The notes under the pieces were generated by a model, which was not told the DNA's origin, ran no database searches, and saw only the letters and a program-made list of their open reading frames with translations. The position numbers and the translations under genes were made by a program. This document shows positions 1 to 9,200 of a stretch of DNA of 18,100 bases, in pieces; the first letter of the stretch is position 1; the number at the start of each line of letters is the position of its first letter. Location of the stretch: contig CAZFOR010000023.1 of assembly GCA_964520895.1 (NCBI GenBank), positions 1-18,100 of the forward strand. The letters run 5' to 3'. The stretch is from an uncultured Eubacteriales bacterium. GTDB taxonomy: Bacteria > Bacillota > Clostridia > TANB77 > SIG350.

Positions 1-100
1 TTAAAATCCCGCTTATGTTTAACTTTTTTTGGGACATTTTCCAAAAATATTGACATACCCTTTATAACTTTCTTGTATTTTTTACCATTTTTCTTTTTTA

Positions 101-1018
101 TTAATTAATTATAAGTTCCATTAGCTCCTGTGCAGAAGTCTGTCTAAGTATAGTATATCTTTTCATTAAATATAGCGTCTCAGGTATCTGTTTTGCTAAT
201 ATATTAGACCCTTTATCAGTTGTCAGTGTAACTTTAACACCCAAAGATTTCAACGTCTTTTCACTTATTTCATTATATACTCCATTTGGATATGAAACAA
301 CAATAATATCTTGTTTCAAATTGTTTTTAAAACATTCCTTCATTTTTTTAAAATCTTTTATAATATAATTTGCATATTCTTCATCTGTTTCATTATCAAA
401 CCTAGAAAAATTTTGCCTAGCATATTCAGTATTTTCATATTTAGCATTTTGATGCATATCATATGTATGACTTTGTATAAATATTAATCCCGAATCAATC
501 ATTTCTTTTGCTTTTTCATAAGAAAAATGAGGAATAATTTTATATTCAGTGTCTTTATATTTATCTGTTCCCATAGATGACCCTATTATAAATATAGTAG
601 CTTTCATATTATATTTTTTTAATATAGGATATGCCAATTCATAATTACTTAAATATCCATCATCAAATGTAATACATATTGGCTTTTCTGGTAATTCTTT
701 TTCATTATAAACATAGTCAATCATTTCATCAAATGATACCCCTGTATATCCACTATCATATAATTCTTTTATTTGCTGTTCAAATAGTTGTGTTGAAATA
801 GAATAATCACTTAGACTGTTATCATCAATATCATGATACATTAGTATCGGAACTTTTTTCTGTGACATTAAGTTATTCAAATATATATTTTCTTCATTTT
901 TTTCTTTTATATTATAACTATTTTCATTTGAATTAATAAAATAATTTGTTAATATAACTACGATACTTATTATAGTAACTGAAATAAGTATCAGTAATAG
1001 ATTTTTATTTGAACTCAT
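101..1018 (-). CDS. Membrane-anchored polysaccharide deacetylase (NodB-like domain)
   Basis: ORF 101..1084; motifs VPILMYHDIDD and ICITFDDGYLSNYELAYPILKKYNMKATIFIIG, with an N-terminal TM segment. ATG at 1018 is preceded by a GGAGGAAG RBS, so it is preferred over the longer ORF start. Confidence 0.88.
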   Translation of the reverse strand: MSSNKNLLLILISVTIISIVVILTNYFINSNENSYNIKEKNEENIYLNNLMSQKKVPILMYHDIDDNSLSDYSISTQLFEQQIKELYDSGYTGVSFDEMIDYVYNEKELPEKPICITFDDGYLSNYELAYPILKKYNMKATIFIIGSSMGTDKYKDTEYKIIPHFSYEKAKEMIDSGLIFIQSHTYDMHQNAKYENTEYARQNFSRFDNETDEEYANYIIKDFKKMKECFKNNLKQDIIVVSYPNGVYNEISEKTLKSLGVKVTLTTDKGSNILAKQIPETLYLMKRYTILRQTSAQELMELIIN

Positions 1019-1061
1019 ATCTTCCTCCAATGTATGCACATACATAAAATAGTATAATAAA

Positions 1062-2777
1062 TTACATTTTATCTGGGCAATCAATACCTAATAGTCTCAT
1101 ACCATTTTTTATAACATCACCAACTTGTTTAGTTAGTAATATTCTTGCTTTTTTAATATTTTCATCATCACACATAATTGTATATTTGGCATAATATGTG
1201 CTAAATGCTTGTGCTAAATCTATTATGTATCTAGATAAAATTGAAGGCTCATTTTTTAGCATTGCATTTTCTATTGTATTTGAGAAGTTACCTAATATTT
1301 TAACAATATTTATTTCTTCATCTTCTAATATTAGACTAAAATCTATTTGTGATATATCATTGATATCAATATTTGCTTTTTCTAATATACTTCTTGTTCT
1401 TACATACATAAATTGGATATATGGCCCTGTTTCTCCATTAAAATTAAGAATTGTATCCCAATCAAATATTTCATCTTTAATTCTAGATGATGATAAATCA
1501 TTAAATATTATTGCACCTACACCTACTTTTTTCGCTATTTCATCTTTATTTTCTAAATTAGGGTTTTTATCATTAATTATTTCCCTAGACTTATTTATTG
1601 CTTCATTTATAATATCTTCTAATGAAACTGAATTGCCTTTTCTTGATCCAATTTTTTCTCCATTTTTGTCAACTACTAATCCAAATGAAACATGCTCTGT
1701 TTTGTCAACATACTCTTTATACCCCATTAATTCCATAACTTTAAATATTTGCTTAAAATGTAATTGTTGTTCACCGCCAACTACATAAACCATTTTATCA
1801 AAATTATATTCTTTCATTCTGTATTTAAATGCTGCTAAGTCTCTTGTTGCATATATTGTGGTACCAGCTGATGTTATTATTATACAAGGTGACATATTAT
1901 ACTCATCTAAATCAACTATCTTCGCTCCTTGTGACTCAACTAATAATCCTTTTTCATTTAATTCTTCAACTATTGCATCCATTTTATCATTATAGAAAGC
2001 TTCTCCATTATATGAATCAAATTTTGAATTTAATAAATTATATGTTTTTTCATATTCATTTAAACTTACTTCTTTAATCCATTTCCATGTTTCTACCGCT
2101 TCTTCATCACCTTTTTCAAGTAATATAAACTGCTGTCTTGCAAGATTAGTCAATTCAGGATTTTCTTTTTCCTCTTTACTAAATCTAACATAAACTTTTA
2201 AAATTGAATTTATAGCATCATTTTCAAAATCATATTCAGGGTCATTTTTCCATAAATTTAATCCTGCCATTACTTTTCCAAACTGTATTCCCCAATCACC
2301 TAAATGATTTATTCCTATAACATTATATCCCATAAATTTATATATTTTATACAATGCTCCACCTATAACAGTTGTTCTTAAATGTCCAATATGAAAAGGT
2401 TTTGCAATATTTGGTGATGAATATTCAATAATAGCTGTTTTATTTTCTCCATAATTACTTTTCCCATAATCATCTTTTTTATTGAAAATTTCTGTCATTA
2501 TATCTTTTACAAATATTTGCTTATTTACAAAAAAATTCAAATATCCACCTTCAACTTTTATTTCATTTATTTCTTCATCTACTTCAAACTTTTCTTTTAT
2601 TTCATTTGCAATTACTATTGGTGATTTATGTAACTCTTTTGCCAGTTTAAAACATGGAAATGCATAATCACCCATATCACTATTTGGTGGTACCTCAACA
2701 TATTGCTCAATTTCGTTTTCACTAATATTGGTTATTAATGATATCTTTTTTATAATATTTTCTTTAATTTTAGACAT
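1062..2777 (-). CDS. argS: Arginyl-tRNA synthetase
   Basis: 571 aa; EYSSPNIAKPFHIGHLRTTVIGGAL (class I HIGH motif), KIGSRKGNSVSLEDII, C-terminus LLGIDCPDKM; AAAAGGAG RBS. Confidence 0.97.
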   Translation of the reverse strand: MSKIKENIIKKISLITNISENEIEQYVEVPPNSDMGDYAFPCFKLAKELHKSPIVIANEIKEKFEVDEEINEIKVEGGYLNFFVNKQIFVKDIMTEIFNKKDDYGKSNYGENKTAIIEYSSPNIAKPFHIGHLRTTVIGGALYKIYKFMGYNVIGINHLGDWGIQFGKVMAGLNLWKNDPEYDFENDAINSILKVYVRFSKEEKENPELTNLARQQFILLEKGDEEAVETWKWIKEVSLNEYEKTYNLLNSKFDSYNGEAFYNDKMDAIVEELNEKGLLVESQGAKIVDLDEYNMSPCIIITSAGTTIYATRDLAAFKYRMKEYNFDKMVYVVGGEQQLHFKQIFKVMELMGYKEYVDKTEHVSFGLVVDKNGEKIGSRKGNSVSLEDIINEAINKSREIINDKNPNLENKDEIAKKVGVGAIIFNDLSSSRIKDEIFDWDTILNFNGETGPYIQFMYVRTRSILEKANIDINDISQIDFSLILEDEEINIVKILGNFSNTIENAMLKNEPSILSRYIIDLAQAFSTYYAKYTIMCDDENIKKARILLTKQVGDVIKNGMRLLGIDCPDKM

Positions 2778-2791
2778 AATTCACTCCTTTT

Positions 2792-5236
2792 CTACTTCTC
2801 CAGTATTTTTTCAATTTGTTTCTTTTTGCTAGAAGTAGTATTTGTTTTTGTTAGTTTTTCTAATGTATTATTTAACATTAATGATGTATCAGTTTTCCTT
2901 AAAACTTGTTTACCATTATTTGAAACATTTTCTTCTAAATCAATATATGTTTCCCTTATAACCTTTTGTTTAGAAACAACTTTACTATTTCTAGAATATG
3001 ATACATCATCATTTCTATATGATTCCAAAGAACTTTCTATTTGTTTTTCTAATAATGGATACACACTATTAAATAATTTATCGTTTTTAACTTTTCTAGT
3101 CTTCTGTTTTTCAATACTGTTTTGTACACTATCAATTACTTCTTTTTTAATGTTATACTTTTCAGATAATTTTTCTTTTGATAACAAAAAATATTCAATA
3201 TTTAATTTTTCGCTACTATTTTTTTCTTTTATAATTAGAGGAATACCTTTTTGTCTAGCTATCATTAAATAAACTTGAAGTTGTGCATTTGGTATATCAA
3301 GTATTTGCGGATATGCTTCAATATAACTATACAAATTATTCTCTATCACTGTATCAATATTTTTCTCAATATTTTGTGTAGGTCTTGCATATAGTATATT
3401 TAATGGCATATCAATATTATTTCTTTCAAATACTTTTTTATTTTTTTCTATGTACTCAGATTTACCTTCAATTAGTAAACTAGGTACTTTTTCTATTTTC
3501 TGTTTTTCAAACCCTATTTTAGTAAGACCTTTATATACTTTTTCAATTTCTTTTTCATCTTCTCTTACTAAAATTTGTGAATTATCAGTAATTATTTTTT
3601 CAGACAAATTATTTTTTTCAAATATTCCAAATATATTTTCTATTTTAACTTTATCACTTTTTATATATATATCTGGATTATCTTGTATAATTTGTTTATA
3701 TTCTTTTGGTTTATGCTGTTTTAAAGTATTTGTTACTTCTCTAATAGTCATAGCACTCGAAAAAGCAATTAAACTAGGTTTATTTTCAATTAACTCTCCA
3801 CCAAATCCTTGATTATTAACTTCTTTTATTACATCTCTTACTTGTTTAGATGATGTTTTATTTAAAACACTAGTATCTTTTTTTAATACATTAATATCTA
3901 CTTTTTCCTCTTTTAATACATTTATAACCTTTTGTACTTCATCAATATTTTTAATTACAGTAATTGATTGCATATTTGATAAGCTTTTTCTATTTACGTA
4001 CTCTGTTTTATCATCATCTAAAAATCTTGACATATTATATACTTTTTCTACAAAAACATATGGTGACACATCTAATACTAGATTTATATCTGGATATGAT
4101 GTAGATAGTTCATTTTTTACTTCAATTAATATTTTAGTATTACCTGATATTAATACTTCTGGGCATGAATAAATTATATATTTGCTCATTTTATTTTGTT
4201 CTAAAACATCAATTATTTTATCTATTTTCTTTTGATTAGATAGTATTAATATACTAGGACAAACAGCTATAATATCCAAACTTAATCCATTTATTTTTAA
4301 TTGATGAATTATATTAGATATTTCATCAATTTTACCTCTTTGCAATATTTCAGGGCAAAATTCTAAAACACTTAGTGGTATATTGTTTTTAATAAGCAAA
4401 TCTATAATTTCACTAACTTGTCTTAAATTTTTTCTTTTTAATATTGCTGGGCATGATAATATTATTGCATTTGGTAACATATTGTTTTTTAGTACATTTA
4501 ACATATATGTTAAATTATCTTCTTTTCCTAACTGTATCATTCCAGAATTATTTTCTTTATTATCATTATCTTCTTCATTTATTTCTTCTTGATTATTTTT
4601 CTCTTTATCTTCATTTTCTTTATTATTATCTGTATCAGTAGTATTACTTATATTATTTACTTCATTATCATTTTTTTCTTTTTCTTTTATATCATCTATT
4701 ATTTGTTTTAATTCTTTTGAAGTTGATTTATATAATATTGCTATATTATTTCTAATTAAAGTTTTATATCCCTTGACTTCTTTTAATACATTTAAGTTAT
4801 CCCTTATAGTTTCATATTTTGCTGCATATAGTATCTTAGCATTTGAAGATGTTCTATCTTCTAATAAATCTATTAACCCTTCCTTTTCAAGTAATGTAAT
4901 TATTTTATCAATTTCTTCTGTATTAGAATTCACATTATTTCCAATTGATATTATTATATTAACATTTACATATGGACTTCTTTTTTTATTCATTTTTTTT
5001 ATGTAATTTAATCTTGATTCAAATTCTTCATCATCATAAATATCTATAACATCTAATAGAGAATTAAACTGATTAATATATCTTATATCTAACCCTATTT
5101 CTCTTAATACTTCTATTAATCTCATTACTCTGTTTATGACTGTGTCGCTTGGCTCATCACCATATCTTTTTTCAAGATATTCAATTACACCAATACTTAC
5201 TTTTAGTTCTCTTCTTAAATATTTATAGAAATCCAT
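2792..5236 (-). CDS. Large helical-repeat protein of unknown function with mTERF-like CPxIL repeats and an acidic low-complexity linker
   Basis: 814 aa; repeated units IILSCPAILKRKN.., VLEFCPEILQRGK.., IIAVCPSILILSN.., YIIYSCPEVLISGN.. at about 32-35 aa spacing plus degenerate copies; AAGGAGG RBS. Confidence 0.8.
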   Translation of the reverse strand: MDFYKYLRRELKVSIGVIEYLEKRYGDEPSDTVINRVMRLIEVLREIGLDIRYINQFNSLLDVIDIYDDEEFESRLNYIKKMNKKRSPYVNVNIIISIGNNVNSNTEEIDKIITLLEKEGLIDLLEDRTSSNAKILYAAKYETIRDNLNVLKEVKGYKTLIRNNIAILYKSTSKELKQIIDDIKEKEKNDNEVNNISNTTDTDNNKENEDKEKNNQEEINEEDNDNKENNSGMIQLGKEDNLTYMLNVLKNNMLPNAIILSCPAILKRKNLRQVSEIIDLLIKNNIPLSVLEFCPEILQRGKIDEISNIIHQLKINGLSLDIIAVCPSILILSNQKKIDKIIDVLEQNKMSKYIIYSCPEVLISGNTKILIEVKNELSTSYPDINLVLDVSPYVFVEKVYNMSRFLDDDKTEYVNRKSLSNMQSITVIKNIDEVQKVINVLKEEKVDINVLKKDTSVLNKTSSKQVRDVIKEVNNQGFGGELIENKPSLIAFSSAMTIREVTNTLKQHKPKEYKQIIQDNPDIYIKSDKVKIENIFGIFEKNNLSEKIITDNSQILVREDEKEIEKVYKGLTKIGFEKQKIEKVPSLLIEGKSEYIEKNKKVFERNNIDMPLNILYARPTQNIEKNIDTVIENNLYSYIEAYPQILDIPNAQLQVYLMIARQKGIPLIIKEKNSSEKLNIEYFLLSKEKLSEKYNIKKEVIDSVQNSIEKQKTRKVKNDKLFNSVYPLLEKQIESSLESYRNDDVSYSRNSKVVSKQKVIRETYIDLEENVSNNGKQVLRKTDTSLMLNNTLEKLTKTNTTSSKKKQIEKILEK

Positions 5237-5253
5237 ACGCTACCTCCTTTTTA

Positions 5254-5760
5254 TTATATTATATATTCAAAACCTACTTCTGGATATAATTTTCCATCTA
5301 TATTAGTATCCTTTTCTTTGGATACTCTTCCACCCATTTTTTCATAAAATTTTCTTGATGGAAGATTATCTCTTAAACACCATATTATAATTTTATCTTT
5401 ATTTTCTTTTTTCAAATGATTAACTGCATATGTAAACATTTGTGTTCCTATACCACCATATTTACATTCAGGCTTTACATATATAGCAACTATCTCTCCA
5501 TTATATTCCTTAGAATTATCTGATACTACTTCACCATATCTACAAAATCCTACAATTTCATCATTGGCTTGTGCAACTATAAAGTGGCCTAATTGATAAT
5601 CATTTTTTCTTCTTTCAATATCTTTTTCTCTACTCATATTATCTAAAAATTCATCATCAATAATTCCTTTATATGCTATTTTCCAAGCGTTTATTCTTAT
5701 ATCAACAACTTGCTTTATATCATCATATTGTATGTTTCGTATTAACAATTCTGTTTTCAT
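5254..5760 (-). CDS. GNAT family N-acetyltransferase
   Basis: 168 aa; IRNIQYDDIKQVVDIRINAWKIAYKGIIDDEFL, VAIYVKPECKYGGIGTQMFTYAVNHLK (acetyl-CoA motif), LRDNLPSRKFYEKMGG. Confidence 0.9.
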   Translation of the reverse strand: MKTELLIRNIQYDDIKQVVDIRINAWKIAYKGIIDDEFLDNMSREKDIERRKNDYQLGHFIVAQANDEIVGFCRYGEVVSDNSKEYNGEIVAIYVKPECKYGGIGTQMFTYAVNHLKKENKDKIIIWCLRDNLPSRKFYEKMGGRVSKEKDTNIDGKLYPEVGFEYII

Positions 5761-5772
5761 ACAATACCCCCT

Positions 5773-6183
5773 TTATTTTATTAAATCAAGGTTACCATTT
5801 ATAACAATTGGAGAAAAGCCATGTATTTCATCATATAACATTCCTTGTGGAATATCATTATATAAATAGATTTTTTTATTACCCATAGATGCTTCATATA
5901 ATTCTAAAAATGTTGCTCCACCAATATAGTTTTCATTTCCGTTTTTATCAAAATTTAATGCTAAAACAGCATCCATATTATTAATAACTTCTTTAGACCT
6001 TTTATACATTCTAGTTTTAAATTGTGCATGTTCATTTTCACCTAAATCCCAATTTTGTTTTTCTATTAAAGGATTGTCATAGTAATTTGGTAATTCAATT
6101 TGATGTCCTTTTTCCTCCAATTGTTTTTTTATAGGTTCAATTTTGCTATAAAACGATTTACTACAAATAATTAATATTTTCAC
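5773..6183 (-). CDS. Small conserved protein with nucleoside 2-deoxyribosyltransferase-like fold features
   Basis: 136 aa; MKILIICSKSFYSKIEPIKKQLEEKGHQI ... NNMDAVLALNFDKNGNENYIGGATFLELYEASMGNKKIYLYNDIP resembles the DUF4406/NDT-like pattern. Function is inferred only. Confidence 0.55.
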   Translation of the reverse strand: MKILIICSKSFYSKIEPIKKQLEEKGHQIELPNYYDNPLIEKQNWDLGENEHAQFKTRMYKRSKEVINNMDAVLALNFDKNGNENYIGGATFLELYEASMGNKKIYLYNDIPQGMLYDEIHGFSPIVINGNLDLIK

Positions 6184-6184
6184 A

Positions 6185-8812
6185 TTAGTTCTCCTTAATA
6201 TTATTTAATCTTTCTTCAACATTTTTTAACATTTGAATATAGTTTTCTCTTTTTTCTTTTTCTTCATTAATCTTTGCTTCTGGTGCTTTTGATACAAATC
6301 CAGGATTTGATAACATTTTATCTACTCTTTCAATTTCTTTTAAGTATTTATCTTTTTCATTATTTAATCTTTCAATCTCTTCATTGATATCTACTAAATC
6401 ACCTAATGGAATAAATATCTCAATATCTGGTACAGTAATTGATACTGCATTTTTATCAATACCTTGTTTATCCTTTTTAATTTCAAATGTTTCTATATTA
6501 ACTAATTTTTGTAATATTCCTTTTCCATTATTAATAATATCATCTCTATTGTTTGTTACAAATATTGCTGATATTTTTTTAGATGGTGGAACATTCATAT
6601 TAACTTTAACATTTCTAACACTTCTTATTATTTCTTTTGTTAATTCAATATCTTTTTCTTCATTTTCAAAATTAAACTTTTCACTATACTCAGGCCATTT
6701 TGATATCATTATACTTTCTTCTTTTTTGTTAATTTCTAAAAATATCTTTTCAGTTATAAATGGCATAAATGGATGTAATAATTTTAAAGAATTTTCAAGT
6801 ACATATCTTAATGTAAATTCAGCTTCTTTTTTAGTATCACAGTTTTGGTCATATAATCTTGATTTAACCATTTCAATATACCAATCACAGAATTCATACC
6901 ACATAAAATCATATATTTTCTGAAGTCCTATACCCAATTCATAATCATCAATATCTTTTGTAACTTCTGTAATTAATTTATTTAATTTAGATAATATCCA
7001 TTTATCTTCTAAACATAATTTATTTTCATCATAACTATTATCACTATCAATATCTATATTTGATATAACAAATTTTGAAGCATTCCATATTTTATTTGCA
7101 AAATTTTTACTCATATCTAATTTATCCATTGAATATTTAATATCATTAGCAAGTGAAATGTTTAATATAAGTGATAATCTTAATGCATCTGCACCATATT
7201 TTTCTATAACTTCAACAGGATCTATACCATTACCTAAACTTTTAGACATTTTTCTTCCTTGTGCATCTCTAACTAATCCATGCATTAAAACATCTGAGAA
7301 AGGTATTTCTCCCATATGTTCTATTCCTGAAAATATCATTCTAGCAACCCAGAAAAATATAATATCATATGCTGTAACTAATACATTTGTAGGATAAAAG
7401 TATTCTAATTCTTTTGTTTTTTCTGGCCAACCTAATGTTGAAAATGGCCATAATGCTGAGCTAAACCATGTATCTAAAACATCATCATCTTGTTTAAATG
7501 TTGTGCCTCCACATTTAGAACATTTATCTGGCATTTGTTTTGAAACTACTATTTCATTACAATCCTGGCAATAATATGCTGGTATTCTATGTCCCCACCA
7601 TAATTGTCTAGAAATACACCAGTCTCTTATATTTTCCATCCAGTTATAATATGTTTTTTCATGTCTTTGTGGTGTAAATTTTATTTTCCCATTTCTAACA
7701 ACATCTATTGCAGGTTTTGCAAGTCCTTCCATTTTAACAAACCATTGGTTTGAAATTGCAGGTTCAACATTTTTATGACATCTATAACATGTACCTACAT
7801 TATGGTTATATTCTTCTATTTTAATTAATGCACCAGTTTCTTTTAGGTCTTTAACTATTTCTTCTCTTGCTTCATATCTATCTAGTCCTTCATATTTACC
7901 ACCATTTTTGTTTATTTTACCATCATCTGTAAATATTTTTATTATTTCTAAATGATGTTTTTGTCCTATTTCAAAATCATTTGGATCATGTGCAGGTGTT
8001 ATTTTTAATGCACCAGTTCCAAATTCAATATCAACATATTCATCAGCTATAATTGGTATTTCTCTATTTACAAGTGGCAAAATAACTGTTTTACCAATTA
8101 GGTGCTTATATCTGTCATCATTTGGGTTTACTGCTATTGCTGTATCTCCTAACATTGTTTCAGGTCTAGTTGTTGCAATTATTATTTCATCATTACTATC
8201 TTTTGCTTTATACTTTATATGCCAAAAATGTCCTGGTTGGTCTACATATTCAACTTCTGCATCTGATAAAGATGTTTTACATGTCGGACACCAGTTAAGC
8301 ATTCTTTCACCTTTGTATATTAACCCTTTATTATATAAATTTATAAAAACTTGTTCTACTGCATTAGATAATCCATCATCCATTGTAAATCTTTCTTTTG
8401 TCCAATCACAAGAACAACCTAATCTTTTTAACTGACTAATTATTGTTCCACCATATTCCTCTGTCCAGTCCCATGCCATTTTCAAGAATTTTTCTCTACC
8501 TATATCTTCTTTTTTTAATCCTTCTTTTGCTAGTTTTTCAACTAATTTAAGTTCTGTTGCAATACTTGCATGGTCTGTTCCAGGTACCCATAACGCGTTA
8601 TATCCTTGCATTCTTTTTGTTCTAATCAAAATATCTTGTAATGTATTTACAAGTGCGTGACCAATATGTAATTTTGATGTTACATTTGGTGGTGGTATAA
8701 CTATTGTATATGGTGTTTTAGTTTCATCAACCTCTGCCTTAAAATATCCTTTTTCATTCCAATTTTTATATAATTCTTCTTCAAAGTCCAATGGATTATA
8801 TGTTTTTTCCAT
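6185..8812 (-). CDS. valS: Valyl-tRNA synthetase
   Basis: 875 aa; PPPNVTSKLHIGHALVNTLQD, WVPGTDHASIATE, KMSKSLGNGIDPVEVI, zinc-binding CxxC motifs, C-terminal coiled coil. Confidence 0.98.
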   Translation of the reverse strand: MEKTYNPLDFEEELYKNWNEKGYFKAEVDETKTPYTIVIPPPNVTSKLHIGHALVNTLQDILIRTKRMQGYNALWVPGTDHASIATELKLVEKLAKEGLKKEDIGREKFLKMAWDWTEEYGGTIISQLKRLGCSCDWTKERFTMDDGLSNAVEQVFINLYNKGLIYKGERMLNWCPTCKTSLSDAEVEYVDQPGHFWHIKYKAKDSNDEIIIATTRPETMLGDTAIAVNPNDDRYKHLIGKTVILPLVNREIPIIADEYVDIEFGTGALKITPAHDPNDFEIGQKHHLEIIKIFTDDGKINKNGGKYEGLDRYEAREEIVKDLKETGALIKIEEYNHNVGTCYRCHKNVEPAISNQWFVKMEGLAKPAIDVVRNGKIKFTPQRHEKTYYNWMENIRDWCISRQLWWGHRIPAYYCQDCNEIVVSKQMPDKCSKCGGTTFKQDDDVLDTWFSSALWPFSTLGWPEKTKELEYFYPTNVLVTAYDIIFFWVARMIFSGIEHMGEIPFSDVLMHGLVRDAQGRKMSKSLGNGIDPVEVIEKYGADALRLSLILNISLANDIKYSMDKLDMSKNFANKIWNASKFVISNIDIDSDNSYDENKLCLEDKWILSKLNKLITEVTKDIDDYELGIGLQKIYDFMWYEFCDWYIEMVKSRLYDQNCDTKKEAEFTLRYVLENSLKLLHPFMPFITEKIFLEINKKEESIMISKWPEYSEKFNFENEEKDIELTKEIIRSVRNVKVNMNVPPSKKISAIFVTNNRDDIINNGKGILQKLVNIETFEIKKDKQGIDKNAVSITVPDIEIFIPLGDLVDINEEIERLNNEKDKYLKEIERVDKMLSNPGFVSKAPEAKINEEKEKRENYIQMLKNVEERLNNIKEN

Positions 8813-8825
8813 AATAAATTCCCCC

Positions 8826-9033
8826 TTAACTAATATTAATCATATTAAAATACACTAAAATTAGTCCGATGACGCCGTACAACCACGCCGATAATCTTCA
8901 TTCCTATTGTTGCGTTATTTATATCACCTTTTGGAAAGGTTTTTTTAACAAATTTTCTTGCAGAAAATATCATATTTACTCCTAATAGTAAAATGGTAAA
9001 TCCTAATATTAATAAAATATACTGTAATTTCAC
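8826..9033 (-). CDS. Small two-TM membrane protein, full length only with a +1 shift at CGG (8877-8875)
   Basis: 0-frame ORF 8845..9033 ends ..GVVV-RRHRTNFSVF*. Skipping C at 8877 gives ..GVVV-GVIGLILVYFNMINIS* (68 aa, stop TAA 8826-8828), restoring a second TM helix and ending just before the valS RBS. Confidence 0.75.
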
Positions 9034-9066
9034 TTTAATCTCTCCTAACTAAAATTTTACCAATAA

Positions 9067-9094
9067 AGTATATCACAAAATACAATATTTTCAA
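9067..9094 (-). promoter_or_regulatory. Sigma-A-type promoter for the small membrane protein-valS transcription unit
   Basis: Minus strand TTGAAA (9094-9089), 16 nt, TATACT (9072-9067) with TG extension; about 35 nt upstream of the ATG at 9033. Confidence 0.6.
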
Positions 9095-9169
9095 ACATTA
9101 TATACAAATTTTTTTATATCAATTTCAAATAATTAATCTATTTTATGTTTTTTAAAAATTAAACATAAA

Positions 9170-9191
9170 AAAAGAGGTGATTTCTCACCTC
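9170..9191 (-). terminator. Rho-independent terminator of the ABC transporter gene
   Basis: Minus strand GAGGTGA-GAAA-TCACCTC followed by TTTTTTT (plus: aaaaaaagaggtgatttctcacctc), just downstream of the stop at 9201. Confidence 0.85.
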
Positions 9192-9200
9192 CCCGAAAAC

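Noticed and set aside
1198-1788. Plus-strand ORFs within argS, valS, the repeat protein, murL and others (e.g. 1198..1788, 1829..2077, 2826..3272, 6384..6923, 9649..10050)
   Set aside because: Shadow ORFs antisense to confidently assigned genes, with low-complexity Phe/Ile/Ser/Leu-rich translations and no recognisable domain.
8875-8877. Canonical prfB-type (CUU UGA) programmed frameshift
   Set aside because: No UGA at the shift sites and no common slippery P-site codon; the shared element is CGG.
9034-9200. T-box leader upstream of the valS unit
   Set aside because: A good promoter at 9094-9067 leaves only about 30 nt of leader, with no room for a T-box structure; I saw no T-box core sequence.
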